64,000 bases of DNA from Desulfosudaceae bacterium (lineage in GTDB: Bacteria > Desulfobacterota > Desulfobacteria > Desulfobacterales > Desulfosudaceae): assembly GCA_963674745.2 (NCBI GenBank), contig CAXXDV010000003.1:64001-128000 (forward strand), in the 5' to 3' direction. The position numbers and the translations under genes are program-made. The notes beneath the pieces are model-generated. The model was not told the DNA's origin. It made no database searches and was given only the letters and a program-made list of their open reading frames with translations. Shown here one piece after another: positions 19,093 through 28,769 of this stretch; positions within the stretch are counted from its first letter, which is position 1; every line of letters begins with the position of its first letter.

Positions 19093-20682
19093 TCAAGCCA
19101 GGCAACAGGTTGAGGCACGTGGCAGGTGATACAACGCCGGAAGGTCGTCGTTTATTCTCATTCTAATGCTGTCAAATTCATTCAGGTTGGCGGCAAAGGC
19201 CTCCACGATTTCCGGATCAAATTTTTTACCCTTTTCTTCCAGGATTATTTCGACCGCTTTTTCATGGGTATAGGCGTCTTTGTAGACTCTTTTGGTGGTC
19301 AGGGCGTCATAAACGTCGGCCATCGCCACGATTCTGGCCGATAACGGAATGGCTTCTCCTTCCAGCCCTTCCGGATATCCGCTGCCGTTCCAGGCTTCAT
19401 GGTGATAGTAGGCAATCTCTTTTCCCAGCGTCAGAAATGACTGCTCTTTTAATTCGGCGTCCACAGCCGCCAGGGCATTCCCACCGACAATGGTGTGCTG
19501 CTTGATAATATCAAATTCTTCGGGAGTCAGGGGCCCGGGTTTGAGTAAAATGGCGTCCGGGACGCTTACTTTTCCGATATCATGCAGAATTGAAGATAGA
19601 TAAATGTCATTGACATAGGCCGTTGTAATATAATGCTCATATTTAGGTAATTGTCTGATGGCCCTGGTGATCATCCGGGAATACTCCCGAACCCGCTCCA
19701 GGTGGCCGCCGGTACAGTCATCTCTGGACTCGGCAAGTTTTGCCAGTCCCAGGATGGTGGCATTTTTGGTGTTTTCCAGCCGTTTTTGAGGGGTGATATC
19801 TCTGACAATATTGATGATGCCTTCAATTTTATTGCTTTTCAATATCGGTTTGGCCTGGGTTTCAATGTAAATCCTGGAACCGTCTTTGTGAAAGGTTTCC
19901 ACCTCAAAAGCCGGAAAGGGAACATCCGTGACGGCATTTTTGTAAAGTTCAAGGGCTTGTCGATAGTCAAAACCCAGAAAATCGTAATCACTGAGGTCTT
20001 CTCCCAGTACTTCTTCCCGTGACAGGCCAAAGACGTCGAAAATGGTCTCGTTGGTGTTCACCACGTAGCCGTCCCGGTTAAGATGTATAATGGCATCGCG
20101 GGTGTTTTCAAACATGATGTTAAAGGTCTGCTGATTTTTACGGGACATGTTTTCAACAGATACCCGCTTGTGTTTTTCTTCAGCCAATTCTTTCCTGGTG
20201 GTGTTTAATCTGGACGTCAACCGGGAAATGGTGCTTTCTGATTTTCGGAGCGCGTCCTCCAGCCGTTTCCGGTTTTCCCGATCAACGTGGCGGCGCTTTG
20301 CCTCCTCAAAAGCGCGGTTAAGGGTGTGCGCAAGCGTCTTGTCAATTATAAATGGAACGGTCAGGCAGTCAAATGCACCCATTTGATATGACAGGCGGAC
20401 GTCTTCGGCAGAGGTTTGTTCATTGCAGAAGGTAATGACGGGAAGGTCGGGTGAAATTTCGGATATCCGGGACAGGACATGCGGCCATTGGTATTCGTTA
20501 TCATTAATGTTCAGAAAAATAATGTCCGGACCCGTTTCACGCACCATGTCCAACCCGCTTTGGGCGTCGGTGGCTTCATTGATGATGAACCCCGGTCCCG
20601 GCCGCTCCAGGGCCTTCTTTAAGGTCGTATCGCGGTTTTCCTTATCGTTTATAATCAGTATGGATATGGCTTTTTGCTGCAT
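19093..20682 (-). CDS. REC(degenerate)-PAS-HD-GYP cyclic dinucleotide phosphodiesterase
   Basis: LHDIGK and HHEAWNGSGYP motifs; central PAS; the receiver phospho-Asp position reads IIFLN. Confidence 0.9.
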   Translation of the reverse strand: MQQKAISILIINDKENRDTTLKKALERPGPGFIINEATDAQSGLDMVRETGPDIIFLNINDNEYQWPHVLSRISEISPDLPVITFCNEQTSAEDVRLSYQMGAFDCLTVPFIIDKTLAHTLNRAFEEAKRRHVDRENRKRLEDALRKSESTISRLTSRLNTTRKELAEEKHKRVSVENMSRKNQQTFNIMFENTRDAIIHLNRDGYVVNTNETIFDVFGLSREEVLGEDLSDYDFLGFDYRQALELYKNAVTDVPFPAFEVETFHKDGSRIYIETQAKPILKSNKIEGIINIVRDITPQKRLENTKNATILGLAKLAESRDDCTGGHLERVREYSRMITRAIRQLPKYEHYITTAYVNDIYLSSILHDIGKVSVPDAILLKPGPLTPEEFDIIKQHTIVGGNALAAVDAELKEQSFLTLGKEIAYYHHEAWNGSGYPEGLEGEAIPLSARIVAMADVYDALTTKRVYKDAYTHEKAVEIILEEKGKKFDPEIVEAFAANLNEFDSIRMRINDDLPALYHLPRASTCCLA

Positions 20683-20743
20683 TGCTTTTCGAACTGTTTA
20701 TGTTTTTATCGGTTGGTCTTTCTTTGCGGTGAGAAGAGGTTTT

Positions 20744-21115
20744 TTATGCTTCGGGCATTACCTTTTTGACCACCCCGATCAACTGGTCCGGTTTAAAGGG
20801 TTTGGTGATCCAGCCGGTGGCACCGGCGGCTTTACCTTCTCTTTTTTTCTCTTCCAGCGATTCCGTCGTCAGCATGACAATCGGTGTAAACCTGTATTGG
20901 TCCATTGCTCGAACAGAACGGGTCAGTTCAAAACCATTCACATGCGGCATGTTCAGATCCACAATAAACATGTTGACCGGCGACCCGTTTAGTTTTTCCA
21001 GGGCGTCCAGGCCGTTTTCCGCCTCGACAACAGTGTATCCGGCATTTTCCAGTGTAAAAGCCACCATTTTTCTCACGCTGGTCGAGTCATCAACCACCAT
21101 TATCGTCTGTCCCAT
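20744..21115 (-). CDS. cheY: Chemotaxis response regulator CheY
   Basis: Single REC domain: VVDDS, VDLNMP, LTTES, GWITKPF. Confidence 0.92.
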   Translation of the reverse strand: MGQTIMVVDDSTSVRKMVAFTLENAGYTVVEAENGLDALEKLNGSPVNMFIVDLNMPHVNGFELTRSVRAMDQYRFTPIVMLTTESLEEKKREGKAAGATGWITKPFKPDQLIGVVKKVMPEA

Positions 21116-21199
21116 CTATTGCTCCCTCCCGAATTGAAAAGAATATTTCTTTTTTCGGTGTTCCATACGGCAGCAGGTTCTTTACCTGTCTGTTGGATT

Positions 21200-23104
21200 T
21201 TAAAACAACTCTACATTGTCACTCAGGGTTACGTCCAGGGTAGTGATATCGCCGTTTTCCCTGATGGTTCGTTTGGCTTCTTCAAACAGAATTATATTGT
21301 TCGGCTGGTCGGCCGCGTGCTTACCCGGCACATGGGCACCGTTTTCCAGTTCCACGCTCAGCAGCAGTGCCTTTTGCTCCGGTCCCTGGGCGGTATCAAT
21401 CAATCGGTCCCGGTATTCAATAATTTTCCGTGACAGGCCGTTAAAGAACTCCAGGCTGGCCAAAGTCGTGTCCGTCGCTTTTTTTAGTTCTTTTGCCCGG
21501 TTATAGGCGGCCAGGGAGCTATCCCTGAAATTTTCGTATTCCATGGAAAGATCATTGATGACCGTTGACAGACTGGTGATGGCACTGTTCTGGTCATCCG
21601 TCTGGTTCGTTTCTTTGTTGTCCTTCCGGCTGATCTCTTCGGCCGCGAATATAATCGAAGTGATGATGTCTTCCACCTCACTGGAAAAGCCATCCGACTG
21701 GGTGGCCAGGTCGTTCATTGCCTGGGCCAGCAGTTTGAGGGCGCCGCCTTTTTCCCCCTCCCGGTTGGCGGCAATAATGGAGTTGATGGCTTTATTATGG
21801 GTATCAGCGCTGATGCTCCGTACGATACCCAGCAGCTTTGAAAGGTCGGCCGCAATATCGGAAACCTGATCGGCTGCTTTTTGTATTTGTTGATAAAGCG
21901 CCTCGCCCCGGTGCAGCAGATCATGAAGCTGGGTCAGGGCATCCTTTAAGTGGGAAAAAGGATCCTGGGTGAAGGTGTTGGACTGGAAGCCCTTTTCGTC
22001 GGGTAACATCGGGCGAAGTCCCTGGAGAAGGTCATCTACTTCTCCTTGTATCTTTTTTAAGGCGATCCGGTTTGTTTTATATACGCTGTCGAGTTCAAGG
22101 TTGATGCTGTCCAGTTTGTCGGCTTGGGCACGGATAATTAAAGAAGCCGGATTTTTTATTGTATCTTTGTCCGACGCATCCAAATGGCCGTTTAGCTCTG
22201 GTGCGGATAAGACGTCATCCAGTATATCGGTTACATTTACAATTCGCTGTTTCATGTTGTCGTGGAACTGTACGCCGACCACAATTTCCGCTACTTCCAG
22301 GGATATCGCCCGGGATCGCCTTCCCGATTCTTCAATGATGTCAACTGAAAAGCGCATTAATTCTTCAGTATCATGAGTCGATTCCTGAACAGTTGCCCGT
22401 ATCCGATTGGTCAGGGATTCCAGTCGGCTGATTCCGGTGAATATCTCCTCCCGGGTGATACTATGGACACCCTGGGCTTTCTCCACGTTTTTATAAACGT
22501 CATTGGCAATATTGCTGATGTTGAGTGAAAGATCCTTGATCTCCTGGGCGACATCGGAAAAAATATTAACAGACCTGTCGATGGTTCGTGCGTTTTCGAC
22601 CAGCATCGTCAGCGCGACTGTTTTAAGCCACTTGGCGAATTTTTTGATCTGCTTGCTGGTCGTGTGAAGCTTTTCAATATCATGCATCAGTGCGTTGATC
22701 CGGTCCAGATTTGCCTTGACCTCACTCTGACGGGCCTGAATTTCAGCCATTGATTCATTAAGGATTCTTCGGCCCCGGTCCAGAAAACCGCCCTGGGTAT
22801 CGCTGCCCATACGTTTGACAGTTCCGAGCATCAGTTCGGTCAATTCCGTTACATTGGCATGAACGGTTCTCAAGCCGATTCCCAGCAGCATAAAATCGGA
22901 TTCCGCATCCTGTACGCATATTTCAAGAGAATCTATCTCTTCCGGGATAACCGTTTTAAGCACCTCAACGGCCGATTGGTGGGTATCGGCCACCTGCTGT
23001 TCACCGGCGGCCAGAACCGCTTTTTCAGTTGATTCCCAGACCTCAAAGTCATGGTTATCCATCTGATTTTGTGTCTTTTTTTTGAATAATGAATTTAATT
23101 TCAT
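21200..23104 (-). CDS. Soluble atypical MCP-like protein (start uncertain; ORF open to 23122)
   Basis: Two degenerate MA-like hairpin regions, VQFHDNMKQRI motif, no TM helix, C-terminal DNVELF. Confidence 0.7.
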   Translation of the reverse strand: MKLNSLFKKKTQNQMDNHDFEVWESTEKAVLAAGEQQVADTHQSAVEVLKTVIPEEIDSLEICVQDAESDFMLLGIGLRTVHANVTELTELMLGTVKRMGSDTQGGFLDRGRRILNESMAEIQARQSEVKANLDRINALMHDIEKLHTTSKQIKKFAKWLKTVALTMLVENARTIDRSVNIFSDVAQEIKDLSLNISNIANDVYKNVEKAQGVHSITREEIFTGISRLESLTNRIRATVQESTHDTEELMRFSVDIIEESGRRSRAISLEVAEIVVGVQFHDNMKQRIVNVTDILDDVLSAPELNGHLDASDKDTIKNPASLIIRAQADKLDSINLELDSVYKTNRIALKKIQGEVDDLLQGLRPMLPDEKGFQSNTFTQDPFSHLKDALTQLHDLLHRGEALYQQIQKAADQVSDIAADLSKLLGIVRSISADTHNKAINSIIAANREGEKGGALKLLAQAMNDLATQSDGFSSEVEDIITSIIFAAEEISRKDNKETNQTDDQNSAITSLSTVINDLSMEYENFRDSSLAAYNRAKELKKATDTTLASLEFFNGLSRKIIEYRDRLIDTAQGPEQKALLLSVELENGAHVPGKHAADQPNNIILFEEAKRTIRENGDITTLDVTLSDNVELF

Positions 23105-23136
23105 AATTAACCAGTCAATCACTGTATTATAAATAA

Positions 23137-23152
23137 AGCAAGAAATGTGCCC
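23137..23152 (-). promoter_or_regulatory. Sigma54 -24/-12 promoter
   Basis: Minus strand reads GGGCACATTTCTTGCT. Confidence 0.7.
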
Positions 23153-23462
23153 GTTGGTTGAGTGCCAAAATTATCAATAAAAACAATGGTTAAGAAAGCA
23201 AGGGCAGGATGGGAAACACGCCGCCCCGCCGGAACGATTAACCAGGAAACCTGTGCCGCCCAACCTTTTTGTTAACTTATTGATAATAATATCTTTTAAG
23301 GCAATCTCCCGCAGCCGGTGCGTTAAAGCCTTTTCCAGAAAAATGGAACACTGTCCTGAAACATTAGACACTACGGCCAGGGGACAGCAGTAACTTATTA
23401 AATTGTCCGCAGATCATTATTATAATTATAAGATTTCAGAAAAACAATAGAAATCACAGGTG

Positions 23463-24590
23463 TTACAGAATACTACCGGCTCTGTTGAGTTTCTGCGTTG
23501 ATTGGTAAAGCCTGATAACTTCAGTGGAAATTTGTTTCAAAGGTAATATCTTATCAACCCCGCCTTTTTTGACGGCTTCTTTCGGCATGCCGTAAACCAC
23601 GCATGATGCTTCATCTTGAGCGATTGTGTAAGCACCGGTGTCATGCATTTCCAGCATGCCCCGGGCACCGTCGTCTCCCATACCGGTCATGATGACACCG
23701 ATAGCGTTACTGCCGGCGTAGCGGGCGGCCGATCGAAAAAGCACATCTACCGAAGGACGATGCCTGGACACCAGGGGACCGTCTTTTACTTGAACCATGT
23801 ATTTGGCCCCGCTGCGTTTCAGCAGGATATGCTTGTTACCGGGAGCGATCAGTGCGTGTCCCTTGAGTACCGGGTCCCTGTCTACTGCTTCTTTTACTGA
23901 AATGCTGCAAATGCCGTCCAGCCGTTTGGCAAAAGCCGTTGTAAAATGTTCGGGCATATGCTGAACAACGACAATACCCGGCGCGTCCAGGGGCATGGAT
24001 TCAAGAAGAATGCGCAGGGCCTCGGTGCCCCCGGTTGAAGCCCCCACGACCAGCACTTTGTCACTGGTTTCGAAAACCCCTTGCCCCGGTTTTATACCGG
24101 GCATAATCGCATCGGCCGTTAATTTCGGCTCTACCTTTCGTGCCGGCAGGGAAGGGGGGACGGCCCTTTTTCTACCGCTTATTTTGGCGTTGGCTGCTGC
24201 TTTGATGACATCGGTAATACGGATACGGGCTTCTTCGAAGAATTGTCTAACGCCCAGCCGGGGTTTATTAATGATCTCTACCGCACCGTTTTCAATCGCT
24301 TTTAAGGCCAGTTCCGAATTTTTTTCCGTCAGCGAGGAGCAAATGACCACCGGCATGGGGTGCTGGGCCATAATCCGGTTCAAAAAGGTCAGGCCGTCCA
24401 TGCGGGGCATTTCAATATCAAGGGTCAGTACATCCGGAAAGCTGGCGTTCATTTTTTTTACCGCCAGATACGGGTCCGGTGCCGTGCCTATGACCTCAAT
24501 TTCCGGATCGGCTTCGAGAATTTCTTTTAAGGTCTGCCTTACCAGTGCGGAGTCGTCAACAACTAATACCCGGATACGACGTTTGCTCAT
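23463..24590 (-). CDS. cheB: Chemotaxis methylesterase CheB
   Basis: REC domain plus GASTGG, VQHMP and TGMGDDGA motifs. Confidence 0.96.
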   Translation of the reverse strand: MSKRRIRVLVVDDSALVRQTLKEILEADPEIEVIGTAPDPYLAVKKMNASFPDVLTLDIEMPRMDGLTFLNRIMAQHPMPVVICSSLTEKNSELALKAIENGAVEIINKPRLGVRQFFEEARIRITDVIKAAANAKISGRKRAVPPSLPARKVEPKLTADAIMPGIKPGQGVFETSDKVLVVGASTGGTEALRILLESMPLDAPGIVVVQHMPEHFTTAFAKRLDGICSISVKEAVDRDPVLKGHALIAPGNKHILLKRSGAKYMVQVKDGPLVSRHRPSVDVLFRSAARYAGSNAIGVIMTGMGDDGARGMLEMHDTGAYTIAQDEASCVVYGMPKEAVKKGGVDKILPLKQISTEVIRLYQSTQKLNRAGSIL

Positions 24591-25144
24591 GATTGGTTCA
24601 CGTTCTGATTAAGGGTTCGGTTAATCTTTTTCACCCAGACATCACCACGATGGGCAAAAAAGAGCAGCTTTCTGCCCTGGGTTCCTCCCACATCGGTGGC
24701 CGTTATATTTAATCCAAGCTCCTGAATGGTCTTTAAGGCGGTTTCCACGTTTCTGCGGCCGATGTTCAGTGTTGTATTAACCGATTTTCCCGGAATCGGC
24801 AGAAACATCTGGCCGCCACCGAAAATTTTGACTTCCATGGTTCTGGAATTTACGCCAAGGTTCATCATTCGCTCGTACACATGCCTGACGCTGAGATTGA
24901 CATAACGACCGATCTGGTTGGTATCGTTACGAACCCCGGGTAACGGGAAGGGGAGCAGGGAGTGGGTGATGGCGCCAATGTTGAAAACCGGGCAGAACAT
25001 GGTGACCGTTACACAGGATCCCAGAACGGTCCTGATGCGCACCGGGCCGCCGTCGGAAATATAGTACTCTCCCTGCTTTATATAGATGTTCGGCCAGTCG
25101 GTATTGCCGTTTTGCTGGTGCGCAATATCCGTTTCGGATTTCAT
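24587..25144 (-). CDS. cheD: Chemoreceptor deamidase CheD
   Basis: [30 protein letters not shown] and DVGGTQGRK motifs. Confidence 0.93.
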   Translation of the reverse strand: MKSETDIAHQQNGNTDWPNIYIKQGEYYISDGGPVRIRTVLGSCVTVTMFCPVFNIGAITHSLLPFPLPGVRNDTNQIGRYVNLSVRHVYERMMNLGVNSRTMEVKIFGGGQMFLPIPGKSVNTTLNIGRRNVETALKTIQELGLNITATDVGGTQGRKLLFFAHRGDVWVKKINRTLNQNVNQS

Positions 25145-25149
25145 TCAGA

Positions 25150-25590
25150 TCAACTCCATTGGCTTTGGTTGTCCCTGTTACCGTTGCGACTGGTGTCGAT
25201 TTTAAGTCCATTATTTCTCAAGGTTTGTAAAACCGTTTCTTCGGTAAAGGGTTTAGCGATATACGCGTCGGCACCGCATTCATACTGGGCGATCAGAATC
25301 CGTGACGGATCCTTGATGGTGGTGGCAATAATGATGGTCAGCGTATTGTCCCCGCTCCAGCCTTTTTCTTTTTCAAATTCACGAATTTCCTTGACGGCAG
25401 TCAGGCCGTCTTTTTCCGGCATGATGACATCCATCAGCACCAGGTCAAAACTTTTGCCCGGTTTTGCTTTGATCAGGTCCACCGCTTCCTGGCCGTTGAC
25501 GGCCACATGACATTCAGCGACCGGTGACAGGATGGCGGTAAGTTGTTCGCGGACGGACGCACTGTCGTCAACGATCAGTATTTTCTGCAT
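25150..25590 (-). CDS. Single-domain response regulator (CheY-like)
   Basis: IVDDS, LMDVIMP and YIAKPF motifs. Confidence 0.85.
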   Translation of the reverse strand: MQKILIVDDSASVREQLTAILSPVAECHVAVNGQEAVDLIKAKPGKSFDLVLMDVIMPEKDGLTAVKEIREFEKEKGWSGDNTLTIIIATTIKDPSRILIAQYECGADAYIAKPFTEETVLQTLRNNGLKIDTSRNGNRDNQSQWS

Positions 25591-25608
25591 GATTTCCTCC
25601 GATCAGCA

Positions 25609-26493
25609 TCATATTCTCTGGTATACGGTCGGGCGAACCTGGCGCAGGGGCAGGTCCATTCCGTTGAGCGTTTCGGAATGGCCGATAAACAGGTACCCGT
25701 TTCGTTTAAGATGGTTACAGCATCGTGAGAATAACTGTTCCTGAATTTTTCGTTCAAAATAGATAATCACATTACGACAGAAAATAATATCGTTTTCTTT
25801 GGGATAAGGGCCGTCTTTGAGCAGATTCAGGCAGTTAAAGGATACTTTTTTTCTCAATTCCGGAACAATGCGGACCAGTTTCTTCCCGCGATCTTTACTT
25901 TTCAGCAGGTATCGTTTTTTTAAACCTACGGGAATGATTTCCGTTTTGTTTTCGCTGTAGATCGCTTTCCGGGCTTTTTCAACAGCTTCCCGGGAAATGT
26001 CGGTAGCGGTGATTTCAAAATTGAACCCGGGTTGAACCCGGGAGAATTCGTTTAATATCATGGCCAGGCTGTAAGGCTCTTCGCCGGTGGCGCATCCGGC
26101 GCTCCAGGCCCGGAAAATCAGTTTCCCACCGGTGTTCTGAATCCAGCCCGGTAATAATGTTTCATAAAGCATATCGAAGTGAGCGCGTTCCCGTAAAAAA
26201 TCCGTTTTATTGGTGGTGACCACGTCTATCATGAAGGGTATTTCCTGTTTCATCCCTTCAGGGGAAAACAGGTATTCCTGATATTCGCGGTAGCTGCTCA
26301 TATTCATCGCCCTTAACCTTTTTGTCAGGCGTGACTGCAGCATGACTTTTTTGGCCGGCGGCATTTTAATGCCGAACTCGGCCTGAATGAATCCGCCAAT
26401 GGCATTGAATTCGCTGGTGGTCATGGGTGATGACGGCGGTGTCCAAACAGGGGTTTCCATTTTTTCAGCGTTTTCTGGAGGCATATTCATCAC
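25609..26493 (-). CDS. cheR: Chemotaxis methyltransferase CheR
   Basis: TTNKTDFLRE, WSAGCATGEEPYS and IFCRNVIIYF motifs. Confidence 0.96.
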   Translation of the reverse strand: MMNMPPENAEKMETPVWTPPSSPMTTSEFNAIGGFIQAEFGIKMPPAKKVMLQSRLTKRLRAMNMSSYREYQEYLFSPEGMKQEIPFMIDVVTTNKTDFLRERAHFDMLYETLLPGWIQNTGGKLIFRAWSAGCATGEEPYSLAMILNEFSRVQPGFNFEITATDISREAVEKARKAIYSENKTEIIPVGLKKRYLLKSKDRGKKLVRIVPELRKKVSFNCLNLLKDGPYPKENDIIFCRNVIIYFERKIQEQLFSRCCNHLKRNGYLFIGHSETLNGMDLPLRQVRPTVYQRI

Positions 26494-26508
26494 CGGTGCT
26501 TATCGGTT

Positions 26509-27021
26509 TTAAGCGTCCTGCTCGGTTTCATTTTCCTGCTGATGGACGCTGGAAATCATGGAGAGTTCCTGGCTGGAAAAGATGTCCTGGATGTCGAGCA
26601 GGATGACAAAACGTTCACCCAGCTTGCCGATACCCTGGATAAACCGGGTATCGATTCGACTTCCCAACCTGGGTGATGCTTCAATCTGTTCCGGCGCGAT
26701 GTCCAGCACCTCCTGAACCCCATCAACCAGCGCACCCATGGTGGCAGATTCCCCTTCAATTTCCAGCTCAACAATAATGATGCAGGTATTGACGGTTTGT
26801 TCGATTGTTTCCATGCCGAATTTTTGCCTCAAATCAATAACCGGTACCACGTGTCCGCGGACATTGATGACGCCGCGCATGAAGTCCGCCGTCATGGGCA
26901 CTTTGGTGATGGCCGTATACTCAAGAACCTCCCGCACCAAAAGAATATTCAGTCCGAACAGTTCCTCATCCAGGTAAAAGGTGAGATAGGTGCTATTTTG
27001 GTTTTTTGAGGTTTCGTTCAT
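26509..27021 (-). CDS. cheW: Chemotaxis adaptor CheW
   Basis: YLTFYL and [15 protein letters not shown] motifs. Confidence 0.95.
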   Translation of the reverse strand: MNETSKNQNSTYLTFYLDEELFGLNILLVREVLEYTAITKVPMTADFMRGVINVRGHVVPVIDLRQKFGMETIEQTVNTCIIIVELEIEGESATMGALVDGVQEVLDIAPEQIEASPRLGSRIDTRFIQGIGKLGERFVILLDIQDIFSSQELSMISSVHQQENETEQDA

Positions 27022-28657
27022 GGTTGTCTCCTATTAAACCGGTTCCGGCTGTCTTGAAAAATCCCATGCTGGCCTGAAGTTGTTGAGCCTGGGAGGCGAG
27101 TCCTTCGGCTGTGGAAGAAACCTCTTCAGCAGAAGTGGCGTTCTGTTGCACAACCTGGTCAAGCTGAGCAATGGCCTGGTTGATCTGGGCCGCCCCCGCT
27201 CTCTGTTCTTTGGAGGCGGCGCTGATTTCCTGAATCAGTTCGGCGGTTTTGCGGATGTCGGGAACGATTTTTTTCAGCATTTTCCCAGCCTCTTCCGCTA
27301 CTTCTACGCTGGTGACGGAAAGCTCCCCGATTTCTTTGGCTGCCTGGCCGCTGCGTTCAGCCAGTTTACGAACCTCGGCCGCTACCACGGCAAAGCCCTT
27401 GCCGGCTTCACCCGCACGGGCCGCTTCAATGGCCGCGTTCAAGGCCAGCAGGTTTGTCTGGCGGGCGATTTCTTCCACAATTGAAGTCTTGTCGGCTATG
27501 TCTTTCATGGCCCGGACGGTGTTACGTACCTGTTCCCCTCCCGCTTCAATATCCTGAGACGCCTGGCGGGCGATCTTTTCAGTTTCCATGGCATGGTCTG
27601 CGTTCTGGTTGATGTTGGCACCCATCTCTTCCATGCTGGAGGTAATCTCTTCCAGGTGGGAGGCCTGTTCAGTGGCGGCCTGGGACAGTTCTTCGGAAGA
27701 GGAACTCATCTGTTCACTGCCGACGGAAGCTTCGCTTGAAGCGGTTTTAACCTGGTAAATAATGTCATTCAGGCTTTCCTTCATCACGGCCATGGCATTG
27801 GTGATATCCTGAAGTTCATCTGCTACAGCCGTCCGCTGCACTTCAGCCATGAGGTCACCAGCGCCGACATTGCGGGCTGTATCTTTTACGGCGGCCAGTT
27901 TTAACGAAATACTTTTGATAAGCAGAAAAGAGAGCATGAAGGCAAGCGAAATACCGATGATGGAAATAACAATGATCTTATTCACAAGGACATTTATTTC
28001 AATATTTGGTGTCGTGATGTACACTAGAAAATAAGAGAGCAGCAGTAAAAAAGGGGTTGTCGCAGCCAGCAGAAAAGCGACCGCCATTTTTGTGGAGGTG
28101 TTTAACCGCGGCAGTTTAAGCTGGTCGATCCATCGAGGGAATGCGCCGATATTGAGATGTTTCTGGGTATGCAGCTCCATGGTGAAAAAGTAAATAACCG
28201 TTCCCAGCGAGATGGCGATAAACAGCAGAAAAACAATATTGACGATCTGTATCGCCGATACATCAGTGTAAATGAACAAAGGGATGAAAACGATTGCCAG
28301 GCCGGTGACCCAGTTAAAGGCACCGTTAAAGGCTTTTCTGTAAGGCAGCAGCAGAAAGTTTTTCAGGGCCTTTTCGTATTCGTTGTCTTTGATCGTCCGG
28401 CCGGATAAATATCGATTAAAATAATCTCTGACAGGCTTTAACATGGTGTAGTTAAAGTAGACCGTCGGAAGAAAGGAAAAAAGAACGCCGGCGGGAATGC
28501 TGAAGATCAGGATACCGAGCTGTTCCCCCGAAACGGAGATATTGGACCAGACGTGAAAAGCCACAACAGGGACAAGGAATAAATAGGCAATGCCTTCATT
28601 GATCAATAATGAGTTAATTATAAAACGTCTGAGTTTTTGGTTTTGCTCGGTCTTCAT
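26993..28657 (-). CDS. Methyl-accepting chemotaxis protein with multi-TM sensor, HAMP and MA domains
   Basis: About six hydrophobic segments; [39 protein letters not shown]. Confidence 0.93.
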   Translation of the reverse strand: MKTEQNQKLRRFIINSLLINEGIAYLFLVPVVAFHVWSNISVSGEQLGILIFSIPAGVLFSFLPTVYFNYTMLKPVRDYFNRYLSGRTIKDNEYEKALKNFLLLPYRKAFNGAFNWVTGLAIVFIPLFIYTDVSAIQIVNIVFLLFIAISLGTVIYFFTMELHTQKHLNIGAFPRWIDQLKLPRLNTSTKMAVAFLLAATTPFLLLLSYFLVYITTPNIEINVLVNKIIVISIIGISLAFMLSFLLIKSISLKLAAVKDTARNVGAGDLMAEVQRTAVADELQDITNAMAVMKESLNDIIYQVKTASSEASVGSEQMSSSSEELSQAATEQASHLEEITSSMEEMGANINQNADHAMETEKIARQASQDIEAGGEQVRNTVRAMKDIADKTSIVEEIARQTNLLALNAAIEAARAGEAGKGFAVVAAEVRKLAERSGQAAKEIGELSVTSVEVAEEAGKMLKKIVPDIRKTAELIQEISAASKEQRAGAAQINQAIAQLDQVVQQNATSAEEVSSTAEGLASQAQQLQASMGFFKTAGTGLIGDNHERNLKKPK

Positions 28658-28769
28658 TCAATCAATTCCTTTCCTGAGCTCTCCAGGGGCCGACCCTCAT
28701 AATGCATAATTTAAAGAACGCCATACTGTCATACATCTGTAAGGATGGGTGGTGAGGCCATCTTATTGT

